From NCBI GenBank assembly GCA_027365475.1, contig DAHXNI010000012.1, positions 3,456-67,455 of the forward strand: a stretch of 64,000 bases of DNA, in the 5' to 3' direction. A program made the position numbers and the translations under genes. The stretch is from Pseudomonadota bacterium. GTDB lineage: Bacteria > Pseudomonadota > Gammaproteobacteria > JAKAQQ01. Positions 29,384 to 38,692 of the stretch are shown here, one piece after another (positions within the stretch are counted from its first letter, which is position 1; every line of letters begins with the position of its first letter). Below the pieces are notes generated by a model. The model was given only the letters and a program-made list of their open reading frames with translations, was not told where the DNA came from and ran no database searches.

Positions 29384-30541
29384 ATGAGTTTATTTGAACT
29401 GGTTGATAGCATTACTCAGAATGCGGTGATCAAGGTCATCGGCGTCGGTGGGGGTGGTGGCAACGCTGTGAATCACATGCTTTCGATGGGCATCGAGGGT
29501 GTCGAGTTCATCTGCGTCAACACCGACGCCCAGGCACTTCGTAATACCCAAGTCAAACTGGGGCTCCAGATCGGATCCAACCTGACGCGCGGACTCGGTG
29601 CTGGCTCCAATCCGGATGTCGGTCGCCAGGCAGCGCTTGAGGATCGGGAACGGCTGCAGGAGGTGATCCAGGGGAGTGATCTCCTCTTCATCACATCCTG
29701 CATGGGCGGGGGTACCGGAACCGGTGCGGCCCCGGTCATCGCGCAGATCGCGAAGGAGATGGGGATTCTCGTGGTGGCAGTCATCACCAAGCCGTTCACA
29801 TTTGAAGGCACGCGCCGGATGACGATCGCCCAGCAGGGGATTGCCGAACTCGGGCGTGTCGTTGACTCCCTGATCACGGTACCGAACCAGAAACTGCTGA
29901 GCGTCGTGGGAGCGCAAGTGCCCTTGCTCGAGGCTTTCAAGACTGCGAATGGGGTTTTGGTCGGGGCCGTGCAGGGCATCGCCGAGTTGATCACCCGCCC
30001 GGGCATCATCAATCTCGATTTCGCGGATGTCAAAACCGTGATGTCGGAGATGGGAATGGCCATGATGGGAACCGGCAACGCGCTCGGAGAGAGTCGCGCC
30101 CGGGAAGCGGCTGAAAAGGCTGTGGCGAGTCCCTTGCTCGAGGAATGTGATCTGTCGGGTGCCAAGGGTCTTCTGGTTAATGTGACGGCTGGAGAGGATC
30201 CGGTTCTGAGCCTCGGGGAGTTCCAGGAAGTGGGCGATCTGGTGCGTCAGCTCGCCTCCGAAGACGCTGTGGTCAAGATTGGAACCGTCGTCGATCCCAG
30301 TCTGGGTGGGGAACTGCGGGTGACCGTGGTGGTCACCGGGCTGAACCAGCCCCGGGCCAAGCCGGTTGTGGTCGAGGCCGCCCGCATCCGTAACGAGATT
30401 GGACATCCCCCGAACTATCCGGATCTCGAACGTCCCTCCGTGATCCGGAAAAAGAGCGGATCGGGTGTGGCAGTCCCGCCCACGCTTTCCGAGGAAACAC
30501 TTTTCGACATTCCGGCTTTTCTGAGACGGCAGGCGGACTGA
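29384..30541 (+). CDS. ftsZ: Cell division GTPase FtsZ
   Basis: GGAGGG 7 nt upstream of the start. GGGTGTGAAP tubulin signature and C-terminal DIPAFLRRQAD peptide. Confidence 0.96.
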   Translation: MSLFELVDSITQNAVIKVIGVGGGGGNAVNHMLSMGIEGVEFICVNTDAQALRNTQVKLGLQIGSNLTRGLGAGSNPDVGRQAALEDRERLQEVIQGSDLLFITSCMGGGTGTGAAPVIAQIAKEMGILVVAVITKPFTFEGTRRMTIAQQGIAELGRVVDSLITVPNQKLLSVVGAQVPLLEAFKTANGVLVGAVQGIAELITRPGIINLDFADVKTVMSEMGMAMMGTGNALGESRAREAAEKAVASPLLEECDLSGAKGLLVNVTAGEDPVLSLGEFQEVGDLVRQLASEDAVVKIGTVVDPSLGGELRVTVVVTGLNQPRAKPVVVEAARIRNEIGHPPNYPDLERPSVIRKKSGSGVAVPPTLSEETLFDIPAFLRRQAD

Positions 30542-31098
30542 AGCGACGAGGGTGCTTGCATTCAGCGGGCATAAGCTGCTGCACCCTCGTTGAGCCGTCT
30601 CCTGGCTGGTTTCCCCAAATGTTTGCGGGACCTCGCCACTCGTCGGTGTCGCGTTCTGGGGCCCTTGTCCGGATCGGCTGGAGTATGCCAACTCCGGGTG
30701 CCCAGAGTCCAGCTGACTCCTCATTTTTGGTTTCTACAGTCTGAGTTCCGCGATTGAATAGGCAAGGATTCCGGAAATCGTAAAACGGGGCTTGCCCCGT
30801 ACTTGTTGGTGGCGGGAATGAGATTGGCGGCGTCGTGATCGTCATCGACGCAAAGAATGACAAAGATAGCGAAATGGTACGCAAGCTACGGCGCAGTGCC
30901 ACTTCCGGACGCACCTTTAACACTCCTGCTGCCCTTGCGACAATTAAGGTTGCATTTCAGTAGCCGTTCACTGCGAGCCTGGTGCTCTGTAACCTCGCTG
31001 CTGGTGGGCTAAGCACATTCGCATGTCCGTGCGCGGGTCGAGGATTTCTTCGGGCATCCAGTGACACTGATGAAGCAGGCAATTGTGCGTACCATTAG

Positions 31099-31118
31099 CC
31101 CGACTTAGCGGATTCGAG
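31099..31118. repeat. IS left terminal inverted repeat CCCGACTTAGCGGATTCGAG
   Basis: Exact reverse complement of 33092-33111. Confidence 0.85.
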
Positions 31119-31259
31119 TAGGTTTTCCACGTCATATTCAGTATGAAGCGGCGCAATGCCTTGGTGGGCGGGGGGGCGGTGGCCGCCCGAGGGTAAAACA
31201 CGTTGTAGTGAAGACCGACCCTATTTTCTTTCATGACGCGGCGTGGATAATGGATAGCC

Positions 31260-33035
31260 ATGTTTCTGCGCGCGACGACCCGCAAGAAGGACGGCAAAGA
31301 GCACCGCTATTTCAGCGTGGTGGAGAACCGGCGCGTGCGTGGTGGACGCGTGCTGCAACGGCACGTGCTGTATCTGGGAGAGATCAACTCGTCGCAAGAA
31401 CTCGCCTGGCGTAAATCGATCGAAGTGTGGGATGAGGGCACGCGCTACCCGCGCACGCTGGCTTTGTTTCCAGAGGATCGTTGTGAGGGGTTCGCCCCTG
31501 ACGAGTCGATCGTGCGACTCAAGCTCGCTGAGCTGCGGCTGGAGCGGCCGCGTCAATGGGGCGCGTGCTGGCTTGCGCTCGAGCTGTGGCAACAGCTCGG
31601 GCTCGGGGAGTTCTGGGGTGAGCGGCTGACGGTGAGTCGCAAAGGCACACGCTGGGATCAGGTGCTGTTGGTGCTGGTGGCGTACCGGCTGTTGTCGCCC
31701 GGCAGCGAGTGGCGCTTGCACCGGCAATGGTTTGCGCAGAGTGCGCTCGCGGATCTGTTGGGTGGCGATGCCGGCCTCGCCGATATCCACACGCTCTACG
31801 CCTGTCATGACCGGCTGCTCGCACACCAGCAGGCGCTGTTTGATCATCTGGTCGGACGCTGGCGGGATCTGTTCCATGCTCGTTTCGATGTGCTGCTCTA
31901 TGACTTGACGAGTACCTATTTTGAGTCCGAGCCGCGTCGCGACGAGGACGACAAGCGCCGCTTTGGCTATTCCCGCGATCACCGCCCCGACTGCGTGCAA
32001 GTGGTGATTGCCCTGGTAGTGACTCCCGAGGGGTTACCACTCGCCTACGAGGTGCTCCCCGGCAATACCGCCGATTCGACCACCTTGCAGGCGTTCCTCG
32101 CGCGCATCGAACACCAGTATGGCCAGGCCAGACGGGTCTGGTGCATGGATCGTGGGGTGCCAACCGAGGCGGTGCTCGCGCAGATGCGCGCGAGCGACCC
32201 GCCGGTGCAGTATCTCGTCGGCACCCCGAAGGGACGCTTGACGCGCCTCGAACAGGCGCTGCTGACGCAGCCCTGGCACGCCGTCCGTCCCGGCGTGAAG
32301 GTCAAACTGCTCCCGGAGGACGATGAGCTGTACGTGTTCGCCGAGAGCACGGACCGGATCGCCAAGGAACGTGCGATGCGTCGCCGGCAACTGAAGTGGC
32401 TGTGGGCGCGGTTGCAGAAACTGGCGAGCATGACGCTCACGCGCGATGCCTTGCTGATGAAGCTCGGCAGCGCCAAGACGCAGGCGCCGGCGGCTTGGCG
32501 CCTGATCGACGTGCAGGTCCACGCGCAGGGTGCGCAGTTCACCTATCACCTTGATCGGCACGCGCTCCGGCAGGCGCGCCGGCGCGAAGGCCGCTACCTG
32601 TTACGTACCAATCTCACCGAGTCCGATCCCGGAAAGCTCTGGAACTACTACCTGCAACTGGTCGCCGTGGAGGAAGCGTTCAAAACGCTCAAGGGCGATC
32701 TCGCCGTCCGCCCCATCTTCCACCAAGAGGAGCGGCGCATCGAAGCGCACATCTTTATTGCCTTCTTGGCCTACTGCCTCCACGTCACGCTCGGCCAGCA
32801 ACTGAAAGCGTTCGCACCGGGCCTGACCGCGCGCAGCGTGCTCGAGAAATTCTCCGCCGTGCAGATGATCGATGTGTACGTCCCGACCACCGATGGACGC
32901 GAGCTCAGCCTCACGCGTTACACCCAGCCAGAACCAGAACTGAAGGTGCTGCTCGAGAAACTCAATCTGACCTTGCCCGCCCAACCGCCACCGAAAATCA
33001 CCGCTGCCCAGGTCACGGCGTCCCAGCCGCTGTAG
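31260..33035 (+). CDS. IS1634-family DDE transposase
   Basis: 591 aa. The N-terminus MFLRATTRKKDGKEHRYFSVVENRRV...VLYLGE and the C-terminal EEAFKTLKGDLAVRPIFH block are typical of IS1634-type transposases, as I recall them. Confidence 0.8.
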   Translation: MFLRATTRKKDGKEHRYFSVVENRRVRGGRVLQRHVLYLGEINSSQELAWRKSIEVWDEGTRYPRTLALFPEDRCEGFAPDESIVRLKLAELRLERPRQWGACWLALELWQQLGLGEFWGERLTVSRKGTRWDQVLLVLVAYRLLSPGSEWRLHRQWFAQSALADLLGGDAGLADIHTLYACHDRLLAHQQALFDHLVGRWRDLFHARFDVLLYDLTSTYFESEPRRDEDDKRRFGYSRDHRPDCVQVVIALVVTPEGLPLAYEVLPGNTADSTTLQAFLARIEHQYGQARRVWCMDRGVPTEAVLAQMRASDPPVQYLVGTPKGRLTRLEQALLTQPWHAVRPGVKVKLLPEDDELYVFAESTDRIAKERAMRRRQLKWLWARLQKLASMTLTRDALLMKLGSAKTQAPAAWRLIDVQVHAQGAQFTYHLDRHALRQARRREGRYLLRTNLTESDPGKLWNYYLQLVAVEEAFKTLKGDLAVRPIFHQEERRIEAHIFIAFLAYCLHVTLGQQLKAFAPGLTARSVLEKFSAVQMIDVYVPTTDGRELSLTRYTQPEPELKVLLEKLNLTLPAQPPPKITAAQVTASQPL

Positions 33036-33091
33036 TGCAGACCTGCTGAGGTCTACCCCCGTTCAATCAAGGAGTTAGCATTGCTACACCC

Positions 33092-33111
33092 CTCGAATCC
33101 GCTAAGTCGGG
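33092..33111. repeat. IS right terminal inverted repeat CTCGAATCCGCTAAGTCGGG
   Basis: Exact reverse complement of 31099-31118. Confidence 0.85.
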
Positions 33112-33580
33112 TTAGCCAGGCGCGAGCGGAGTTTATAGTCGGATGCACGAAGCTGGCTATCACTTGAGCCAAGTGGGGAAACTCAAACGGCTGACCACCT
33201 GAGGATCGGAAACCCAGGGTGAACTTGCTGGCAACCGTGCCATCAAACCATCATCCGATGCAACACGATCCCCGATAACACGAGAGATTCCAAGCATTCG
33301 TCAGCCTGACACACCAGCTTATTCAAAAGGCATATTTTTTGAAAGCCCCGAACTTCTTGCCAAAGACCCCCATACCATAAAAGATTCCATCCTCTTCATC
33401 TGGAACCAAGGCCTAGCTAATCCAGGTCCATTTCTTGGAAGATCATGGTTTTGCCAAAGAAAAAAGTATGTTAGGATGTGAACCCCACCTCAAGCCTGAG
33501 GAATCCCCACCTCGGCTTGGGCTTTTCGCCTGCTCGGTGCCCCAGTGGGCGCCAGAAATACACAAGAGGGAAATCTGATC

Positions 33581-34492
33581 ATGTTGCAGCAACGTACGCT
33601 CCGAAACAGCATCAAGGCCACGGGAGTGGGGGTCCACACGGGAGTCAAGGTCTATATGTGCCTGAGACCTGCGGCGCCTAACACAGGAATCGTGTTTCGC
33701 CGGGTCGACCTGCCCGAACCGGTTGATATTCCCGCGAGCGGTCTCCATGTGGGTGAGACCACGCTCGGCACGACGCTCATCAATCAGCACATCAAAGTGG
33801 CGACGGTTGAGCATCTCATGGCTGCGTTTGCAGGACTCGGGATTGATAATGCCTACGTCGATCTGAGCGCACCCGAGGTACCGATCATGGACGGCAGTGC
33901 GGGACCGTTCGTGTTTCTGATCCAGTCGGCTGGCATCGAAGTTCAGCCCGAACCCAAACGTTTCATCCGAATTCTCAAACCCATCGAAGTGCGGCAGGAC
34001 GAGAAATGGGCACGTCTTGAACCCTATAACGGCTTTCGGGTCAGTGTCGAGATCGACTTTGATCATCCCGTGTTCCGCCGCCATACCCAGAATGCAGCAG
34101 TCGACTTCTCAACCACTTCCTTCGTGAAAGAAGTGAGCCGCGCCCGGACTTTCGGGTTTTTGCGAGACATTGAAGCCTTGCGGATGCGGCAGCTGACGCT
34201 CGGTGCCTCGCTCGACAATGCCATTGCCATTGACGACTACCGGATCCTCAATGAGGATGGCCTGCGTTATGAAGACGAGTTCGTCAAACACAAGATTCTT
34301 GATGCGATCGGAGATCTTTATCTTCTGGGGCATGGGGTGATCGGGTCTTACATGGCGTACAAATGCGGGCATGGGATCAACAATGCCATTGTCCGTGCTG
34401 TGCTTGCTGAGCGTTCAGCCTGGGAAGAGGTCAGTTTCGAGGACACCGAACATGCACCGATTTGCTATCTCAGTCCAGCTCACGCAGCGTGA
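33581..34492 (+). CDS. lpxC: UDP-3-O-acyl-N-acetylglucosamine deacetylase
   Basis: ATG at 33581 with AGAGGG upstream. [29 protein letters not shown] and [14 protein letters not shown] motifs. Confidence 0.92.
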   Translation: MLQQRTLRNSIKATGVGVHTGVKVYMCLRPAAPNTGIVFRRVDLPEPVDIPASGLHVGETTLGTTLINQHIKVATVEHLMAAFAGLGIDNAYVDLSAPEVPIMDGSAGPFVFLIQSAGIEVQPEPKRFIRILKPIEVRQDEKWARLEPYNGFRVSVEIDFDHPVFRRHTQNAAVDFSTTSFVKEVSRARTFGFLRDIEALRMRQLTLGASLDNAIAIDDYRILNEDGLRYEDEFVKHKILDAIGDLYLLGHGVIGSYMAYKCGHGINNAIVRAVLAERSAWEEVSFEDTEHAPICYLSPAHAA

Positions 34493-34510
34493 AGGCAGGA
34501 TCCTGGCGGG

Positions 34511-34900
34511 TCAACCCAGGGTTGCTGGGGTGCCCGATGGCATGATCCATTCACCAGGCGGGATGATGAGTACCCGCAGGCGTACGGGTTTTGTTTCGCA
34601 GATCAGGGAAGCTTCATCGAGGATGCGGCTTTCCTCGTACCGCAGCCGCGTCGCCCAGCTGCTATTGTCCGTCACAATGAATACGATTCCTTTTTCGGCC
34701 GTGGCCCAGTGGCAGTGTGGCGCCAGATCCGGTGGGAGCGTCTTGCGGATCACCCGGGTGAGTCTCCAAGCGTCTTGGGCGCGGGCATGGAGAGATTGTC
34801 CGCCGATCCGGGCTTGGGCCAGGATTTCAGGCAGGGAATTCGGATCGTTGGTGTCGGCCCGTTTGTGCATGCAGGAAGCAACCTGAAGGCATTTCTCCAT
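34511..34900 (-). CDS. DUF721 / DciA-like protein (start uncertain: 34900 or 34870)
   Basis: LAPHCHWATAEKGIVFIVTDNSSWATRLRYEESRILD followed by VRLRVLI matches my recollection of the DUF721 core. The track start at 34999 would overlap the divergent M23 gene. Confidence 0.55.
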   Translation of the reverse strand: MEKCLQVASCMHKRADTNDPNSLPEILAQARIGGQSLHARAQDAWRLTRVIRKTLPPDLAPHCHWATAEKGIVFIVTDNSSWATRLRYEESRILDEASLICETKPVRLRVLIIPPGEWIMPSGTPATLG

Positions 34901-34946
34901 GCACATCATACTGGTTGGCCGGCGGGGGGGGTCGAGAACGATCGAG

Positions 34947-35822
34947 ATGAATCGGCGGACCGGCGTTCTGGCAGGCCTGCTGGTTTTTCTTCTGGCCATA
35001 GGTCTCGTTGGATCCGGCTATTTCTGGAGTCAAAGCAACTCCCGTCCGTCCTTCCACGTCATCCGGTTGTGGCAGGGGAGACTGCGGGCGGAAACTGCTC
35101 AGCTCAGAACGCTGAGGCGTCTTCACCGCTCCGAGATCGATGCGCTGGCTGAACGGGTGGCCACGCTCGAAGCCCGCATGGCGCAACTCGATGCCCTGGG
35201 CGGCGAACTGACCCATCGGGCAGGTATCAATCCGCATCTATTCAACTTCAACGCGCCGGTGCCGGAAGGCGGTCTGACCAGCCTTGCAGGAGAGATTCCC
35301 CTGACCGGTGCTGAACTTGAGCGGCGCATCGGTCATCTGGCGGACCGGATCGGTGCCGAACGGTTGGCCCTTCAGACCTTGAACCGCCGTGTCGTCGAAA
35401 CCAGTCTGAGACGCGAGATCATCCCGTCCGGGCATCCGGTCCGAACTTTCTGGGTTTCCTCCCCCTTCGGCTGGCGGATCGATCCGATCACCGGACGGCT
35501 CGAGTTTCACGAGGGGATTGATCTTGCCGCGCCGGAAGGGGAACCGATCCATGCTGTGGCCGCTGGGGTGGTGACCTGGGCTGGACCCCGTTACGGATTC
35601 GGTAACATAGTCATGATCAATGACGGCCAAGGGTATACGACTTACTATGCCCATTGCGAAAAAGTTTTTGTCAAGATCGGTCAGGTGATCCGGCGCGGGG
35701 AAGCCATTGCACTGGTCGGATCGACCGGGATGTCCACCGGACCTCACGTTCACTTCGAAGTTCTGCGCGACAATCGACCGGTCAATCCTGCTCCGTTTGT
35801 GTTTGGCGCTCCCAGGACTTGA
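34947..35822 (+). CDS. M23 family metallopeptidase with N-terminal TM and coiled coil
   Basis: HEGIDLAAPEGEPIHA (HxxxD) and GSTGMSTGPHVHFEV (HxH) motifs. The start is taken at MNRRTGVLAGLLVFLL. Confidence 0.8.
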   Translation: MNRRTGVLAGLLVFLLAIGLVGSGYFWSQSNSRPSFHVIRLWQGRLRAETAQLRTLRRLHRSEIDALAERVATLEARMAQLDALGGELTHRAGINPHLFNFNAPVPEGGLTSLAGEIPLTGAELERRIGHLADRIGAERLALQTLNRRVVETSLRREIIPSGHPVRTFWVSSPFGWRIDPITGRLEFHEGIDLAAPEGEPIHAVAAGVVTWAGPRYGFGNIVMINDGQGYTTYYAHCEKVFVKIGQVIRRGEAIALVGSTGMSTGPHVHFEVLRDNRPVNPAPFVFGAPRT

Positions 35823-35983
35823 GCACCCAGCTGTCCGAAAATCCCGCCCAGCAGAAGGGTGACCCGTGACGTGGCATAATTTCACGGGAAGGTCGTATTT
35901 TACTGATTCGGGCTTGCACACCCCAGATTCGGTCCGGCCCTGATGTCCAGCCTTTCTCTGTTCAGCCCATCGAGCCCAGCGTC

Positions 35984-38692
35984 ATGATCCGAGGTCTCGC
36001 TCAAAAGATTTTTGGCAGCCGCAATGAGCGGGTGCTCCGACGGCTTGGCCGGGATGTGGTGCGCATCAATACGCTTGAGGCGGCATGCCAGGCACTGTCC
36101 GATACCGCCCTCCGTGAGCGGACCGGACTGCTCAAGACGCGACACGCAGGAGGCGAGTCGCTCAAGGTGCTTCTGCCCGAGGCGTTCGCACTCATGCGCG
36201 AATCCGCGCGACGGACCCTCGGTTTGCGCCATTTCGACAGTCAGATTGTGGGTGGAATGGTTCTCCATGAAGGGCGCATCGCCGAGATGGCGACAGGAGA
36301 AGGCAAAACACTCGTTGCGACACTCCCGGTCTATCTCAATGCATTGACCGGGCGCAGTGTTCATGTGGTGACGGTCAACGAGTACCTGGCGAGTCGCGAT
36401 GCCGAGTGGATGCGTCCGGCTTATGAAGCGCTTGGACTCAAGGTCGGGGTGATCCAGTCCAATCAGTCGCTTGAAGACAAAAAAGCCGCCTACCAGGCGG
36501 ATGTCGTCTATGGGACCAACCACGAGTTTGTTTTCGATTATCTCCGTGACAACATGGCTTTCGAGCCGGGCGACCGGGTCCATCGCGGGCTCAGTTATGG
36601 CATCGTCGATGAGGTGGATTCGATCCTGATCGATGAGGCCAGGACCCCGCTCATTATCTCGGGCCCGGTTGAGGAAGATACGGATCTTTATGCGGTGGTT
36701 GACCGGATTGCACGTCGTCTGACTCCACAGCGGGAACCCAGCGGGCCGGGCGACTTTGAAATAGACGAGAAGACCAAACAAACCCATCTCACCGAAGACG
36801 GTCACCGCCGGGTTGAGGCACTTCTCCTTGAAAACCGCTTGATTGCACCCGGTGAAAGCCTTTACGAACCCAAGAATCTCAAGTTCATGCACTATGTGCA
36901 GGCAGGGCTGCGCGCACACTGGCTGTACAAGCGTGAAGTGGACTATATCGTGCGGGATCGGGAGATCGTGATCGTCGATGAATTTACCGGTCGGACGATG
37001 GAGGGGCGCCGCTGGTCGGAAGGTTTGCACCAGGCCATCGAGGCGAAAGAGGGGCTTAGGGTCCAAGCCGAGAACCAGACCCTGGCCTCGATCAGTTACC
37101 AGAACTATTTCCGCCTCTATGAAAAGCTCGCAGGCATGACGGGTACCGCGGATACCGAAGCTTATGAGTTTCTGGACATCTACCGCCTCGAGGTGGTCGT
37201 CGTTCCGACCCACCGACCCATGGTCCGGCAGGACCTCCCGGATCTCATCTATCTCGGGAAGAAAAAGAAATTCGAAGCTATCGTCGAAGATATCGTGGAG
37301 CGCCACGGACAGGGCCAGCCCATCCTGGTTGGCACGACATCGATTGAAAACTCCGAATACCTTTCCGGGCTTCTCACCCAGAGGAAGGTTCCGCACGAAG
37401 TCCTCAATGCCAAGCAGCATCAACGGGAAGCGGAGATCGTCGCGCAGGCGGGGCGTCCGGGGCGGGTCACCATCGCAACCAACATGGCGGGTCGCGGGAC
37501 AGATATCGTTCTCGGCGGCAACCTGAATGCCGAAATTGCAACACTCGCAGGCGATGCCGCACGGGTTGCGGCAGCTCGTTCCGACTGGAACGAGCGACAT
37601 GCAGCGGTGCTTCATGCCGGTGGGCTGGCGATTATTGGAACAGAACGTCATGAGTCGCGACGCATCGACAATCAGCTCCGAGGACGTGCCGGCCGACAGG
37701 GTGATCCGGGTGTCAGCCGATTTTACCTGTCGCTTGAAGACGATCTCATGCGGATCTTTGCCGCTGACCGCCTGAAAGGTCTCATGGGCAAGCTCGGCAT
37801 GCAGGAAGATGAGGCGCTCGAGCACCCGTGGGTGACGCGCACCATCGAAAATGCCCAGCGCAAGGTTGAAGCCCATAACTACGACATGCGCAAACAGCTT
37901 CTCGAATACGACGATGTCGCGAATGAACAGCGCAAGTTGATTTATCGTCAGCGCAATGACCTGCTTGATGCGGACGATGTGGGTGAACGTATCCGGGGCA
38001 TGCAGGCCGATGTGATCGACTCGCTTCTTGCGCCGCATATCCTGCCGGGAACGTATGCCGAGCACTGGGATCTCGGAAGTCTGGAAGAGGATCTGAAACG
38101 GGATTTTGATCTGGAGACCGGACTCTCGGCATGGATCCGGGAGCATCCAGAGGGCAGTGGAGAGGAACTTTCCGTCTATCTGACCGGAAAGCTCGAAACA
38201 CAGTGGCAGGAGAAAGTCCGCAAACTCGGAGCCGATGAGATGAACCGGTTTGCGCGCCAAGTGATGCTCATGACGCTCGATGATCTTTGGAAGGAACATT
38301 TGGCTGCCATGGACTATCTCCGCCAGGGCATCCACCTCCGGGGTTTTGCCCAGGTCGATCCCAAACAGGCCTACAAGAGCGAGGCCTTCACCATGTTCAC
38401 TGAACTTTTGGATCGCATCCTGTTCGAGACGGTGAGTGTACTCGCAAAGGTCGAAGTTCGGTCACCTGAAGAAGTTGCGGCAGCCGAGCAAAGGAGACGG
38501 AAGCCACAGAACTGGCGCCTTGAGCAGGCGGATTATGAGAGTGGTGCGCCGAGCGAGACCCAGAGTTCAGAAGCCCTGGTCCCGTCCATGCCGTTTGTAC
38601 GCTCCGGCCGCAAAGTGGGGCGGAACGAACCTTGTCCCTGTGGCTCCGGACTCAAATACAAAAACTGTCACGGTCGCATTCAGGACGCATGA
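35984..38692 (+). CDS. secA: Preprotein translocase ATPase SecA
   Basis: [22 protein letters not shown]-terminus, [14 protein letters not shown] Walker A and C-terminal zinc motif [14 protein letters not shown]. Confidence 0.96.
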   Translation: MIRGLAQKIFGSRNERVLRRLGRDVVRINTLEAACQALSDTALRERTGLLKTRHAGGESLKVLLPEAFALMRESARRTLGLRHFDSQIVGGMVLHEGRIAEMATGEGKTLVATLPVYLNALTGRSVHVVTVNEYLASRDAEWMRPAYEALGLKVGVIQSNQSLEDKKAAYQADVVYGTNHEFVFDYLRDNMAFEPGDRVHRGLSYGIVDEVDSILIDEARTPLIISGPVEEDTDLYAVVDRIARRLTPQREPSGPGDFEIDEKTKQTHLTEDGHRRVEALLLENRLIAPGESLYEPKNLKFMHYVQAGLRAHWLYKREVDYIVRDREIVIVDEFTGRTMEGRRWSEGLHQAIEAKEGLRVQAENQTLASISYQNYFRLYEKLAGMTGTADTEAYEFLDIYRLEVVVVPTHRPMVRQDLPDLIYLGKKKKFEAIVEDIVERHGQGQPILVGTTSIENSEYLSGLLTQRKVPHEVLNAKQHQREAEIVAQAGRPGRVTIATNMAGRGTDIVLGGNLNAEIATLAGDAARVAAARSDWNERHAAVLHAGGLAIIGTERHESRRIDNQLRGRAGRQGDPGVSRFYLSLEDDLMRIFAADRLKGLMGKLGMQEDEALEHPWVTRTIENAQRKVEAHNYDMRKQLLEYDDVANEQRKLIYRQRNDLLDADDVGERIRGMQADVIDSLLAPHILPGTYAEHWDLGSLEEDLKRDFDLETGLSAWIREHPEGSGEELSVYLTGKLETQWQEKVRKLGADEMNRFARQVMLMTLDDLWKEHLAAMDYLRQGIHLRGFAQVDPKQAYKSEAFTMFTELLDRILFETVSVLAKVEVRSPEEVAAAEQRRRKPQNWRLEQADYESGAPSETQSSEALVPSMPFVRSGRKVGRNEPCPCGSGLKYKNCHGRIQDA

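Larger units (their letters stand above)
31096..33114 (+). mobile_element. IS1634-like (IS4 superfamily) insertion sequence, about 2.0 kb, apparently intact
   Basis: A single transposase ORF is bounded by a perfect 20-bp terminal inverted repeat. TTAG occurs directly outside both repeats (31095-31098 and 33112-33115). Confidence 0.8.

Noticed and set aside
30968-31297. A 109-aa minus-strand ORF spanning the left IS end.
   Set aside because: It is a chimeric reading frame that crosses the terminal inverted repeat at 31099-31118 and runs antisense to the transposase start. Only the part outside the IS may be a gene remnant; see the finding for 30542-31098.
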